Positions 1 through 12,379 of a stretch of DNA of 64,000 nucleotides are shown piece by piece; the stretch's first letter is position 1; every line of letters starts with the position of its first letter. The notes under the pieces were generated by a model. It made no database searches. It saw nothing but the letters and a program-made list of their open reading frames with translations, and had not been told where the DNA came from. The stretch comes from Amphiscolops sp. MND2022 (taxonomy: Eukaryota). Location: positions 51,338,001 through 51,402,000 of the forward strand of contig OZ076409.1 of the NCBI GenBank assembly GCA_964187785.1, written 5' to 3'. The translations under genes were made by a program, and so were the position numbers.

Positions 1-412
1 ATCATTATGTTGTTTTTCTACTTATTTTAAGCGGTCGGTGATACATTTATGATCGACCGATTCCCGATAGTCCGTACATTGAAATTCTGAAAACACTACT
101 AAACGGACATTTGTCTTAATAGCTGTCGTGAAAAACCAACTCTTTGATTGTCAAGTAACGATATACCAAGTAATTAACCTACAAGCTCTTCAACCTCACC
201 CAGGGTTGACCGTTTTTCTTCTCTATGAGGGTTTTCTTGACCGAGCCTTTTCTATTTCACAACCAGAAGGGATATTAGAAACACTGGTGATAGTTTGTTC
301 TAGATTATTACCTCTCAAAGTTTGGGATTATGGTAAGTCCACACTTTCACGAATTTTGTAATATAGGTTTAGTTTACCAATAACCCCTAGCAAAAACTTC
401 GATGATATCACT

Positions 413-800
413 CATGTAAGTGTTATTGGTGCAAGTTCACTGAAGTGTATACACTTCAAAAGTGTATTACAGTCTCTTTGGGTTTGAACCCTTCAGTTCC
501 AAGTGGTACGCTCAAATGGTCTTTTTTAAAATATAAAAGTTTTAAAAATTACAAAACAGATAGTTATATGGCATAGCATTATGAACAACTCCTTCTCTTC
601 CAGTTACTCATTATTCGGAAAACAGTACAGCCTTTACCCCAGAAGATTCTTCAACTGAATTATCAAAAATGAGAACCGTACATCACGTGAAAAAGCCTTA
701 GTCTACTCTGAACAAATTGGTGCACCTCATGCATCTGATGATCTTCGTGAACAACATTCCAATGTCATTTGTTCCACGCAAAACTCTTCCTCGTCGAAAA
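413..800 (+). pseudogene. Degenerate SGNH/GDSL-hydrolase-like accessory ORF (homolog of 4262-4800)
   Basis: Hand-translated fragments HVSVIGASSLKCI (413-451), QIVIWHSIMNNSFS (557-598) and LVYSEQIGAPH (698-730) align in order with the ORF at 4262-4800. Confidence 0.5.
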
Positions 801-2419
801 CATGATATTCCTCATCCAGTTGCAGATATTCAATTATGGTCTTTTTTCATTAATTCGGAGCATCAAAACTACTAAACGATTTTTCTCAAATACAAGAAAT
901 CCTAGCAACGAACCCTCTCAAAAAAGAAGATGAAAGAAAGATTGTAGCAAAGACTGAAAACAAGAATAACGTTAGAAGTCTTTTTTTCACCTTTGAGATG
1001 TGTTCTGTGTAGTCGTTGAACAATTAACTCGTGGTTTCGTTTGCGATTTCGTTTCTCGACCTCGATGTTTGTGATTTCGTTGATCGACCTCGCTTCGGCT
1101 GTATAGTAATTTGATAAAATGTCTTTAGCTGAAAGTAGTGCCACCACACAACCAGCCACTGGAGATAAAAAAACTTACCCGTCTCAGAGGTTGTAGCAAA
1201 CGTGCTCTAATTAGATTGGAACCAAAATTGATGAACTTACGACCACTGCAATTGGATCTTCAATCAAGGTCTTTCAGTGTGACGGTTTGCTAAAAACTTT
1301 ACGAGACAAACATTCAATGAATCCTCAAGTCGATTCTGAATTTCGTGTATTGAGAGGAGATGAAGATGATTTAGCCACTAACTTAGAACAGCAAACGCAG
1401 TTCCATTTTTAGGCTAGCGGTTAATCGCTGCTTAATCTGCATTGATTGATAAAAATAAAAAAGAACGTTTTTGATCTCCACGTAAGCTATTCACAAACCC
1501 TGTTTCATCGTGAGGTGCTGCAGCGAGTTGAATGAGGCTTCCTAAATTTCGGTTATCTACATTCATCGGATCATACACTGCCTGGCACATATGTCACAAC
1601 CGAACCAAATGTGACACCTCCCTACAACCAAAGGAACCAAACTCTGACCAAATGGCTTCCGAATTATCCTGATATCAAGTGTCATCGCTTGAATCTATTC
1701 AGTAGGATATTCAGAGGCAGCCCCTTGATCATGGAACCACTAAAAAGCCTTTTTGACTATGAATTCAATTTCCAATAGAAAGGAATCTAAGAAACAATTC
1801 ACCACGAGACATTTCAGTGGTGACATTGAAATAAAATACTCTGCTTTTTTTCACATATCTTGTCACATTTCGAAATTCATTGGAATGCCCAATCAATCTA
1901 CGGGCTCTCTTAGAATTATGTTTACAAGCCAGTTTCATAAAGCAGGATGTTGCAAAAGACCACATGCTCTCGCCGCATCGCGTTCAGCAAAATATTTTAT
2001 CTTCGTGTTCTTTGCAGAGGAACCCGAAGCATTTTCCAGTGAAATTGAATGTCACCGTCGAAATTAATCTTCATTTCATTCCAAGTATCGCAATTACCAA
2101 TCCTGATATAGAAACCGTTGATCGTTTCAGTTGATTTTTTAAAACTGATGCAGACGTTATAGAAGATATTTGACAACAAATAAACGATAACGGTTTTTGT
2201 TTTCCGAATTCCATATTGTGTTATGTTGTGTCGTGCCTGTGTACTGGCAGTAACAACGTTGTCTTTGAATACAACTTCAAATTCTGAACCCCAGAAACTT
2301 CTTTTAAAGTTTATGGAAACGGAACAAATATCTGAATCAAAGCACATTGGATGAGCAACATTAGAAAGAAATTATCGATAGTATTATATGTTTTAGTAAT
2401 ATAAGTTATAGTATTAAGT

Positions 2420-2920
2420 TTGGACCCCACAAATTAGGTCTCTCGAAAGCGAACACATTGAAACGTTTCATTCGGCTGGAATACACTTTGCACCATTATA
2501 TCGAACTCTATCGATAATATTCAGATTTGATTCACTAGAGGTCCAAATTTCTAGAAACCTCGGGTACTTCGGTCTACGATGATCGCATGAATCTAGTGGG
2601 TTATAACTGAAATTAGGAAACTAGACGGATTCGGAGAATATCCTATCACGGGAATGATTAAACTAACATCATTTCAGTTTGACAGTTGCATCAACGCCAA
2701 ACACGAGTGTTGGTTCGACACTTTCCTCGGACAGAATTGAGACATAAGGGAAAAATTTGCCCGTATTGTTAACACCAGCTCCAATTGAGAAGAAACCAAC
2801 AAAAGAGGGAACTACCCAAGACTCAAGAACCTGGGAAATCTCACCTCCCGAGAGTTTCAATCTCAACCCCTGACGACGGCTGCTCGCACAGAGCATCGTC
2901 AGCCGAAACGTCGTGTAACA
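2420..2920 (+). mobile_element. Penelope-like element (PLE) 3' fragment: GIY-YIG endonuclease C-terminal remnant plus 3' region with hammerhead motif
   Basis: Fragments SLESEHIETFHS (~2440) and RSKFLETSGTSVYDDRMN (~2540-2592) resemble the C-terminal part of PLE GIY-YIG endonucleases. A PLE-type hammerhead core follows about 280 bp later. Confidence 0.5.
2864..2919 (+). ncRNA. Minimal (PLE-type) hammerhead ribozyme motif, probably degenerate
   Basis: The core reads CTGACGA (2870-2876), an extra C, stem II GGCTG...CAGCC with an inner TGCTC/GAGCA hairpin, GAAA (2905-2908), then CGTC giving a GUC cleavage triplet. Stem I pairing is weak. Confidence 0.55.
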
Positions 2921-3650
2921 AGTCTGCTACGGTGTGATTAAAACCCTAATCTGATGTCTGTCATTAGTGTGCATTGTTTCATCAGTACAGTTGGGGCAGC
3001 CCACGAGCTCCATTCCCTATTATCAAATCTTTCAAGCTGAATGACGTAACTGTTGTGCTTCAGTTTTGGAGATCCTTCATTTACGTTAGTGAAGCTAACA
3101 GCTTGTTACAAGAATCGAGTCAAAGTTTTTGCTGTTGGAATTGAACAATACCGAAATAAAAGCAGCCAGAAAAGAAAACAAACCAACAAACCACTTTTCC
3201 TCAAACGACAGTGGGCCACATCAAAAGGCAAGTCTTACGGAAAACATTATGTTGGTAAGCCAGACAACGTTTCATTGAGGCGACTATTAAAACAAGTTTT
3301 GAGAAAAGAGTAGCTAGGAGCCTTTGAGCCCCGGAAAATAAACTTAGTCAAAAATTGTCCAGTGCAGCACCGCTATTGACGCAAAATAAATTTTATAGAT
3401 AGGGCCTCAAAAAAATTTATCATACACTGCAATCCTCACAAGAACCTGAAAACATCAGTACTCGATTTGTGAATAAGTGCTTCGATGTAGTAAAATTTGG
3501 CAAAGTACATAAGTCACATAGCTGCAGCTTCACGATCACTCGTGGTTCTGCAGGCAACGTGTAGTCGACGGTCATGATCCTGATGTGGTAGGCAAGAAGC
3601 AACAACGCTAGCTGAAGAGCAATGTGTATTCGGACCTTCGACATGTATGT

Positions 3651-4022
3651 TGTTGTGACTCAACATTTTGATCGATGAATTTCTTTGATTGCTCATTGCA
3701 AGTTCTCCTCAATGAAATTATTCGAAAATTAAGCTTTGCACCTTTGCAAGATTTAGAAACGAAACTCAAGAAAAGAAAAGAAAAAGAGGAAACCAAATCC
3801 TCAGATAAATATATTTCGAAACTGTCCCCTCTGTGTTACCCCTCCTCTTTTCTGATTACTCTTATATAATAAATATACTTTATATAATATCAGTTATTTT
3901 ACTGGTCTCAAACTTTTGCTAATGTTAGTCAGTGTTTCCGGGCATTTCCTGACCAATCATTTTATGGCCACTGTCCCCACGACTGCTACGACGAATTCAC
4001 CCATTATTCGAGGTCAGTAACA
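3651..4022 (+). repeat. 5' LTR of BEL/Pao element (372 bp)
   Basis: Starts TGTTGTGACTC and ends CAGTAACA. Direct repeat of 10243-10669 except for a 55-bp indel and scattered substitutions. Confidence 0.95.
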
Positions 4023-4028
4023 TAATTT

Positions 4029-4042
4029 TGGCGCCCGACGTG
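4029..4042 (+). promoter_or_regulatory. Primer-binding site (tRNA-Lys-like)
   Basis: TGGCGCCCGACGTG lies 6 nt after the 5' LTR and resembles the tRNA-Lys PBS TGGCGCCCAACGTG. Confidence 0.75.
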
Positions 4043-4261
4043 AAAAGTCGATCCCACTATTCGTGTCTGTTAACACGTTGGTTCCAATTCGTTTCGTTTC
4101 TGGGATTCTTCTTTCTAGTTGTTCCAATCTTCGTTACGTCTCCTGTTCATCCTTTTGTTTTATTTGATCTATTCGAACAACTTTGAGGAGTTACATTTTT
4201 TGTTTCACCTACTTTTTCATTCGTTTCGTTATGTTCCGCTTTTGTTACACTATTGTGACTT

Positions 4262-4800
4262 CTTACATCATGATTCAGCTGTCTCGATAATATCCTAAAG
4301 TCAACGTCCATCCCTCATTCCTTTCGTTGTTCACTCTCCAAAAGAACCTTTGCAATACGAGGACTTAGTTTCAACATTTCTTCGAATTATCGTTTCAAAG
4401 TTTTGCAAAATCTTCTTCGTCGTGGCCCACTCGCACGCAAACAAAACATAGTCATTTGGCACGACGTTATTAGTAACAGTCTCTCGAAGCATCAGAGCAA
4501 TAATTACACATCACTGTCACCTGAAAAGTTGATTCAACTCCTTTTGAATTCCGAAATTGCATCCGCGCCATTGTTTACGTTCAACGGAGCGGAAGTCCAA
4601 ACACCCTGAAAGAACTTTTTTCATTTGGAATCCTCATTTTAGACGCTCAAAAAAAATTGTTGTCTCAACGAAAACGAAGGACTCCTTCTGTCATCCGTTC
4701 GTTGAGTAGTGTTCACCCGTCCGTCGCTTGCCTTAGACTCCCATCTACTTCGCATTGTAGTCAAGCATCAACAAAACCTTGTTTCACTCCTTAAGAAACA
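4262..4800 (+). pseudogene. SGNH/GDSL-hydrolase-like accessory ORF between PBS and gag (one stop, at least one frameshift)
   Basis: Hand translation: *FSCLDNILK...TFAIRGLSFN...QNIVIWHDVISNSLSKH...[frameshift]CIRAIVYVQRSGSPN...SLSSVHPS. The order of S, G, N and HP motifs fits SGNH blocks I, II, III and V, by inference. Confidence 0.55.
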
Positions 4801-4996
4801 GCGCAAAAACAAGCGAGACAGGCTGTCCTCCCAGGCTCATCAATAACATCTGTTGCTGACGACTTTTTGATCCTTGTGACACTCACTAAGTTCGGTTTTT
4901 CGCACGGGTCGATCAGGGTGAGATTAGTCGTTCGTAACATCTTTCCAGAAAAAGGAACATCTTTCGTTTCCATCCAAACTTTTCAACTGCTTCGCA

Positions 4997-7900
4997 ATGC
5001 CTCCCGAAACTTATAATTTACGCAATCGTGAGCCGTCTAACGGTGATGATGCCCATGTTGCCGTCTCGGCCGACACTCAAACTGTCGACTCTGAGCCTTC
5101 GGAAATCAACACTATCCACAGCCTCATTTTGTTACAGCAGGAAGACGTTGCAAGTTTGTTATCTTTTGGCAATGATTTGCTGACTAACTACACTGATTTT
5201 GATGATATTAGTTCCATTACGTCGGAATTAACAGCTGCTGAAGCTGAGCTAGCTCAATTGACGAAATCTTTAGCCCTTCACATCTCAACCACAGACTTCG
5301 CACCTCATGCCAACAAATTGACATCTATCAAACTCGACATTCGTCGCTTCAAGGTATCTGTGGCTAGAAGCAAAAGATCCTCTTGTGGTGGTGGTAACTC
5401 TAACTATACTCCGGCACCGGCCGCTGCAACTTCTGACCACGACAATCTTTCTTCACCGTCTTCGCATCATCCCCACGGAGACGACTCTACTGCTGTACCT
5501 CCATTAACCAATGCCGTTTCATTTTCATCAACCACATTTGAGCCCAATATGCCATCGTCAAACAATCTTCAAACTAATTCTTTCGGTATTACGCAATCGG
5601 TCGACACATCTACGCATGAAAATGCTATTGATCCAGCGTCCATCAGCACGACCAACGCCCTTCATGACAATACAGACACTGTGCCACCGCAACGTGGACT
5701 GACCTTGCCAAAAATTCAACCACCTGTTTTCCAGGGCGATCCCTTGGCTTGGTTAGATTGGTTTGGTCTTTTTTCCGCTACCATCGACAGCGCTGCAATT
5801 TCGCAAGCGGAAAAGATCATCCACTTACAAACTCTTGTCTCTGGAGAATCAAAAGCATTAATTGCAGGTTATGGTTGTAATCCCGCGATGTACCAGTATG
5901 CACTATCTAGATTGAAGTCAACATACGGCAAACCTGATTGAATTGTGATGTCATTTCTTCAACGTCTCCAAACATTCAGGCAACCATCAATTGATGATCC
6001 GAACTCCATTACGAACTATGCGAATTTCATCTCTTCTCTAGTCGATACCTTCACACAATTAAATTTTCTCCATGACATTCACTCCACCGTCAATCTTACA
6101 ATTGCACTTTCGAAACTGCCGGCCGATGGCTAAATTGGAATCGCCACGTGCTTCCGCAAAACATCAAAGACCCGTCGCTCAGAAATTTTGCTCCTTGGCT
6201 TCAAAACTTCACTACAGCTTGTGACAGCTTTATTTTTTTCTCTGACACTAAGCACAACTCACGTTCCTCCTCATCAACAAATGCGCGACCTCAAGGCCAC
6301 AATTCCAAAACGCCGTTCGTCAAACCGTCTTCTCAATTTAGTTTATGTCCGGAGAAGAAAAGTTGTGTCTACTTGGGGAGCTGCGGGCATTTCAAAGCAT
6401 TTTCTCCAATAGACCGCAAAAATTACGCTAAGAAGTACCACTTGTGCTTCAACTGTTTGAAGGGTCATAACTTCAAGGATTACAAGTCAACAAAAGTTCG
6501 TCAGCAACCTGGATGTATGAAAAAACACCACACCTTGCTCTATATTGACAGACAAGGTCAAAATCAATTTCAATCTTCCACATTGTCCACTTCGCGGCTG
6601 CTAAAACCCGGTCTCCGTCCAATTGTGCCTGTGACTGTTTCATCGGGTGGTTAAACTGCAGACGTGTTCGCCCTTCTAGACACAGGCAGCTCAGTGTCTT
6701 TGATCACCAAGAAAATTGCTGGACATTTAGTCGGTCACTTACCAGAGTCGTCCCCTATTCTTTTTGAAGGCGTCAACACTACATCAACAGTTGCTGTTAT
6801 ATCACTCGACTTGACAATTGCTCCTTACAAAGCCGCAACGGCAATGCCATTGCGCAATGTTTTGGTGGTGCCTACCTTGAACCTCCAAACATTTGATTCA
6901 GCGCCCATCAATTCATTGTGCCAACACTACCCTCACCTGCAACACGTCTCATTTCCGTACCTAAAACAATCGACTGTCGATCTTCTCATCGGTTCAGATC
7001 AATTCGACCTCATTCATAGTCGTACTGTGATTCGAGGGCCACCCAACACACCTTGTGCTAAGTCGACAAAACTTGGTTGGACAACTGCCGGTCGTTCGAC
7101 ACTTCCGACAACATCTGCCACAAACGTTACAAATCTTCGATCTCGACATGAAGCTCTCTTCCAACATGTTCAAGAGTGGATGCACATTGATTGCTCTGGC
7201 ATCACGAGTAGCAAAAAGAGTCTGTCTGCTGAAGATCAGCAAGCTCTCTCCATCTTGAAGAAAACTACCAAACTTGTTGACGGACACTGTGAAATTGGCC
7301 TCCTTTGGAAGAACCATGTCTCTCTGCCGAACAACAAATGGGTAGCTCAAAAACAGCTATCGTCACTTGAAATCAAGTTGGCATGAAAACCTCAACTAGG
7401 TTCTCTTTACGAAGCGTCCATTGCGACCGACATTGAGAAGGGATACGTGTCTGTTGTACCTGACTCCAAAGCGAAATGAGAAGACGCTTGGTATCTTCCA
7501 CATCATCCTGTAACCAATGTAAATAAACCTGGTAAAATTCGAAGAGTCACCAATGCATCATCAGTTTATCAAGGTACTTCGCTGAATTCTAGTCTTCTGA
7601 AAGGACCTGACTTGTTGTGTAACCTTACTGGTTTGATTATGCGCTTTCGCGAAAAATGTGTTGCCTTATCCGCTGACCTTGAAGCAATGTTCATGCAAGT
7701 TTCGGTACCCCTTTCAGATAGACGCTTCTTACGATATTTATGGCGTAACGAAGTTCATGAGTGCAATCGCCATATTTTTGGTGCCACAGATTCACCCTGT
7801 GCTGCTTGCTACGTTGTTCGACAATGCGCCGAGGACAACAAAACTGCCTATCCTGACGCTCCAAATTTGGTCGCTCGTCACATCTACATGGACGATCTCT

Positions 7901-10160
7901 ATGTGTCGAGAAAAAGCTGACCCAAAGAACTCTACTGAAGTACGTTTCTTCAATTTTCGACCCTCTTGGTATGTCGTCACCTATTCAAATTCGCGTTCGA
8001 ACCTATCTTCAACAAATTTAGAAGGATAACCAGCATTGGGATCGTCCAATCGCGCTTGAAGCTTATCCTGAGTTGAAAATTTTTTTCGAAGATGTAGCGA
8101 ATCTTCCGACAGTTCACATCAAGCGACATTGTTTCGAAGCTTCCAAACAACCAGTTCGTAAAGAATTACACGTTTTTAACGATGCTTCTGAAAAGCAATA
8201 GCTAATGTTGAATGTTGTATTTCTTCGTACAGTGTTCTCCGACAAAACCGTGAGTCTCAGTTTCATTCTAGGAAAAGCTCGAGTAGCACCAATCAAGAGA
8301 ATGACCACCCCCAATCTCGAACTATTGGCAGCAACGAACAGAGCTAAATTGGCTCAATTCATCAAAGGAGAGCAAAACCTTTCTTTTGACACAATTGCAT
8401 ATTGGACAGACAGCACTACAGTTCTATCTTGGATCAACTCATCCGAGAGCCGACACAAATTTTTCAGTGCCAACCGTATATCCATCATTCTCTCAACTTC
8501 GACTGTGTCGCAGTGGCGTTACGTTCCCACAGACTTGAATCCGGCCGACGATGGTACTAGAGGAACACCGGTTTTAAAATTTACATCCGAGTCACGATGG
8601 CTCAAAGGACCCGATTTCCTTCTGAAAAATCCAGAGACTTGGTCAGAAAGACCAAGCATCGCACCCGAATGTCCAAATTCTTGCTTCCCTCTGCACCCAA
8701 TTGACGCAATCGTATCTTTTCAAAATTTTAGTCAAAGGAATCGTCTCCTCAAAACCGTGGCATTCTGTTATTCATTGTTGGAGAAACACCGTCGCATCAA
8801 CGATAGACTGGGTGTTGTTCACCTTATGAAAGCATTCAGATGGATCTTATTGGAGACTCAACGAACTTTGTTTCCGGAAGAAATCAACGCTCTAAGGAAT
8901 CAAAAACCTCCTGCGTCTAACTCACGAATATCATCGCTTTGTCCATTTCTTGATCGTCAAGGTATTCTTCGCTCTCGTGGCAGGCTTTCCAAAGCTAAAT
9001 ATCTGCTTGTGGCTTGTTACCCAATCATTCTTGATTCTAAACATCCGGCAGTAAAACTCTTTCTCCTCCATATACACAAAAGCAACTCCCATGCTAGTCT
9101 CGAACAGTCTCGTAGCATTGTTCAAGAACAGTTTTGGGTTCTGCGTTGTCGGTTTGCACTCAAGACCATCATCCATCATTGTATTCCTTGCAGTAGGATA
9201 ACCAGCACGTTGACTATCCGATCATGGCTGATCTACCTGATTGTCGCTTACCTTCCGCGAACCAATTTCCATTTCTTACAACAGGACTCGATTTCGATGG
9301 TCCGTTTCCCATCAAAAACAATGGCCAATTCGAGAGTCGATTTTGCTTGCTATTTACTTGCCTTGTCACAAGGGCTGTTCATATCGAAACTTGTGCTGAT
9401 CTTAATACAGAGACAACCCTCATGGCATTACGTCGTTTCGTTTCTTTACGTGGAAATCCACAACAAACTTACTCTGACATTGCAACAACTTTCATCAAAG
9501 CTAGTAAAGAACTGAAAAATGGCATTGAGAAACTTCGAACGGACAATTCCTTTCGCGACTCCTTGTTACTACTCCATTTGGGTTGGCGCTTTAGCCTTCA
9601 TCATCACTTCATTTTGGTGGTTCTTGGGAGAGTTTGGTGAGGGTGCTCACGAATGTCTTTTACCGTGTAATTGGTTCTCGAACTTTGACTCATGACACCC
9701 TCTCGACATTTGTGTTCGAGGTTGCTGGTATGATGAATGGTCGACATCTAACTCAAGTATCCAGCGATTTCCGAGATGTGGAACCAATCACACCAAACCA
9801 TTTCCTGCTGGGCCGTCCATCGCCAAACTTTCTACCCGGCATTTTCTTGGATCAGTCAGTTACTATCTCCAGCAGTTGAAAGCAAGCACAACAGATTTCT
9901 GATCAGTTTTGGAATCGTTTTCTGAAAGAACACATGCCTACTCTCTTCAAGCGTGGTAAATTGTCTACTCGAACTCAAAATTTGCAGCCTGGCGACTTGG
10001 TTTGGGTACTAGAAAATTTTACGCCATGTGGGTTATGGCCAATGGCAAGAGTTGACCAAGTGTTTCCGGGGGCGGATGGAGTCGTGCGATCTTGTTAGAA
10101 CGACCTATGGCTACATTCACAGACCAGTCGTAAAGTTGTCAAAAATCCCTGTCGACATCG
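4997..10160 (+). pseudogene. BEL/Pao gag-pol polyprotein (gag, Cys/His knuckles, aspartic protease, RT, RNase H, integrase), broken by stops and frameshifts
   Basis: Motifs include LPKIQPPVFQGDPLAW (gag), LCFNCLKGH...C.KKHHTLL, FALLDTGSSVSLI (protease), WYLPHHPV, IFGATDSP and YMDD (RT), GKARVAP..PNLELLAA, WTDS and NPADDGTRG (RNase H), and GLDFDGP, FTCLVTRAVH and PITPNHFLLGR (integrase). Confidence 0.93.
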
Positions 10161-10242
10161 TAAACAAAACTTGAAACTTCGCTTTAATTTTACCTGAATA
10201 GTGATATCAACTTTCATCCAAACCCTTTTCGGGGTCGGAATA

Positions 10243-10669
10243 TGTTGTGACTCAACATTTTGATCGATGAATTTCTTTGATTGTGATTCATACGTGTAAT
10301 CTTTTGAGTAGTTTTCAAGTTGTTGTTGTTTCGTATTGCTCATTGCAAGTTCTCCTCAATGAAATTATTCAAAAATTAATCTTTGCACCTTTGCAAGATA
10401 TAGAAACGAAACTCCAGAAAAGAAAAGAGAGAGAGGAAACCAAATCCTCAGGTAAATATATTTCGAAACTGTCCCCTCTGTGTTACCCCTCCTCTTTTCT
10501 GATTACTCTTATATAATAAAAACACTTTATATAATATCAGTTATTTTACTGGTCTCAAACTTTTGCTAATCTTAGTCAGTGTTTCCGGGCATTTCCTGAC
10601 CAATCATTTTATGGCCACTGTCCCCACGACTGCTACGACGAGTTCACCCATTATTCGAGGTCAGTAACA
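10243..10669 (+). repeat. 3' LTR of BEL/Pao element (427 bp)
   Basis: Runs TGTTGTGACTC...CAGTAACA, preceded by the purine-rich GGGGTCGGAATA and followed by the TSD TATGA. Confidence 0.95.
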
Positions 10670-11094
10670 TATGAGACAAACGCATCGAGACTGAACAGTG
10701 CCTACACTGCCCGCTTAACAGGGACGTCAAGCATATACCACGTTTGACGTTTTTGAACGTCATCTTCTGGCATACCGGATTATGAGAGAACAGGCTTCAA
10801 AAATTCGAAGAAGCCAAAAATGATGTTACTGTCAAAACGGTTGCTGAAAAGGTTTGTCCCACAAACTGAAGAAAGCGGAGCAACAAAAGCGCTAGAAAAA
10901 CCGTGGAAAGGGGAAGAGCATGAGAACAACGCTTGCGAAAATACAATTGCAAGAAACCGGAAATCTAATTGGTGACTGCTAATAGTGCCAAGATGGATTG
11001 GAGAATGTTTGCGTACATTTTTCATGTTACTTTTTAATATAAAGTCTACACCTTGAGTCAAATATCGTAATTCATATGCAAGGTAAACCCCCAG

Positions 11095-12379
11095 TAACGG
11101 CATCCTGTTATCAACGAAATTTTGACACTTTTTGAAAACTTCGTTCAAAACTGACGTGGAACCCAGACATGACTTTGGCGAAGTACTTGTTAGCAAAAAG
11201 TGTTGAAAGACGGTCAAAGAAGCCGCCACGCAAGAGAGAGAGAGAGAGAGAAAGATAGAGCGAAACAACAGAGTATTGACCGTGCAACAAGCTGAAACGT
11301 GCCAAATCCACGGTGTTCGCCCGCAGAATTCCCTATTTTACGGTGCTGAACCCAGGAGTTCGATGACAGCCTAAAGAGTGTATCCGTGCCCAGCTCGAGC
11401 GCTGGTGCCATGTGGCCCCAGTATCCACAGTTTTCGCCGAACTGGACTCTATTATCGTAATTTGAGTGCTTTTTGTGTATTTAGATTGGATAATACTCGA
11501 GTGCTATTTTCATGAACGTGTTTGCATTTACCAGCTTCTCACTGGAGAAATTCAGTTATCTACGACCCTACCTTTTTTACAAGCTATTTACGCGTTGGTT
11601 GCAAATTCCAGCGCAATGCCCGTGATTCCTAGCAATTACAGAATGACTTCAGGCCAGAGAGCGTTCATTAAGACGGTTCCCCTTCCTCGGGACCGGCAAC
11701 CCTTAGGAGGCTAAAATGAGCTGGTGTCATGGTGGTTTGTCCCGGACCATATCCATTATACCAGTTTCAGTTCCTCCTCTCTATCATCACGTCACAAAGT
11801 CTTAGCGCTTGCCGTTACACTTGATTTGAATCTGGAATAGATTTCCAAGACGAATCCATGAGCTCATTAGAAAATATTCTCAGTAAAGTCTCGTCAGTGT
11901 TCAAAAGTACAAGCTGGTGAATGGAATATGCACGATTACACAAACTCTTTCGCTATGGGCAACGTAATGTGTATACACTTAGAAGCTTTGATTGAAAAAG
12001 GAATAAAGCAGAAATCGAGAAGAAATTATTTTCAAACATCTGTGAATTGCAACTACGATGCATATTTGCAAAAATAAGGACAAAGTTATGGATACGTTTC
12101 GAAAGAACGTGAACTATTGTATCCTTAATTAAAAGGAATATTTCATGAGCTTTTAATAAGGATAACTTAGTTCAGGTTCTTACGAAACCTATCCATTACT
12201 TTGTCCACAACATCTTTAAAAGTTAGAATTTTGAAACCATCAACTCCATTTCTATGCTGCTGCTCATTGTGTTGCAAATGACCAAAAATTGAACTGTTTT
12301 TAATTGTTTTTGAGACACTGTTTCCCTCCGAACGTCTTGAGGACATTATTGTTCTACTAGGAATAATGTAAGGGAAGTA
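11095..12379 (+). repeat. About 1.3-kb direct repeat, copy 1 (copy 2 at 18697-19996); contains an (AG)n microsatellite and a long hairpin
   Basis: Colinear, imperfect match from TAACGG(C/G)ATCCTGTTATCAA to GAATAATGTAA, with several indels. Confidence 0.9.

Larger units (their letters stand above)
410..3645 (+). mobile_element. Old, heavily decayed BEL/Pao-like LTR retrotransposon relic (host of later insertions)
   Basis: Scattered, frameshifted peptide fragments lie in Pao order. An accessory ORF is at 413-800. The gag-like 'IFRGSPLIMEPLKSLF' (~1710) resembles PVFQGDPLAWLDWFGLF of the younger element. The protease-like 'LRALLELCLQASFIK' (~1900) resembles ALLDxGSxxSFI. Boundaries are uncertain and the relic probably resumes after 10674. 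Confidence 0.4.
3651..10669 (+). mobile_element. Full-length BEL/Pao LTR retrotransposon, inactivated
   Basis: It has paired TG...CA LTRs (3651-4022 and 10243-10669), a target-site duplication TATGT/TATGA (3646-3650, 10670-10674), a PBS and a purine-rich tract. The gag-PR-RT-RH-IN order and motifs are Pao-type. Confidence 0.95.
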
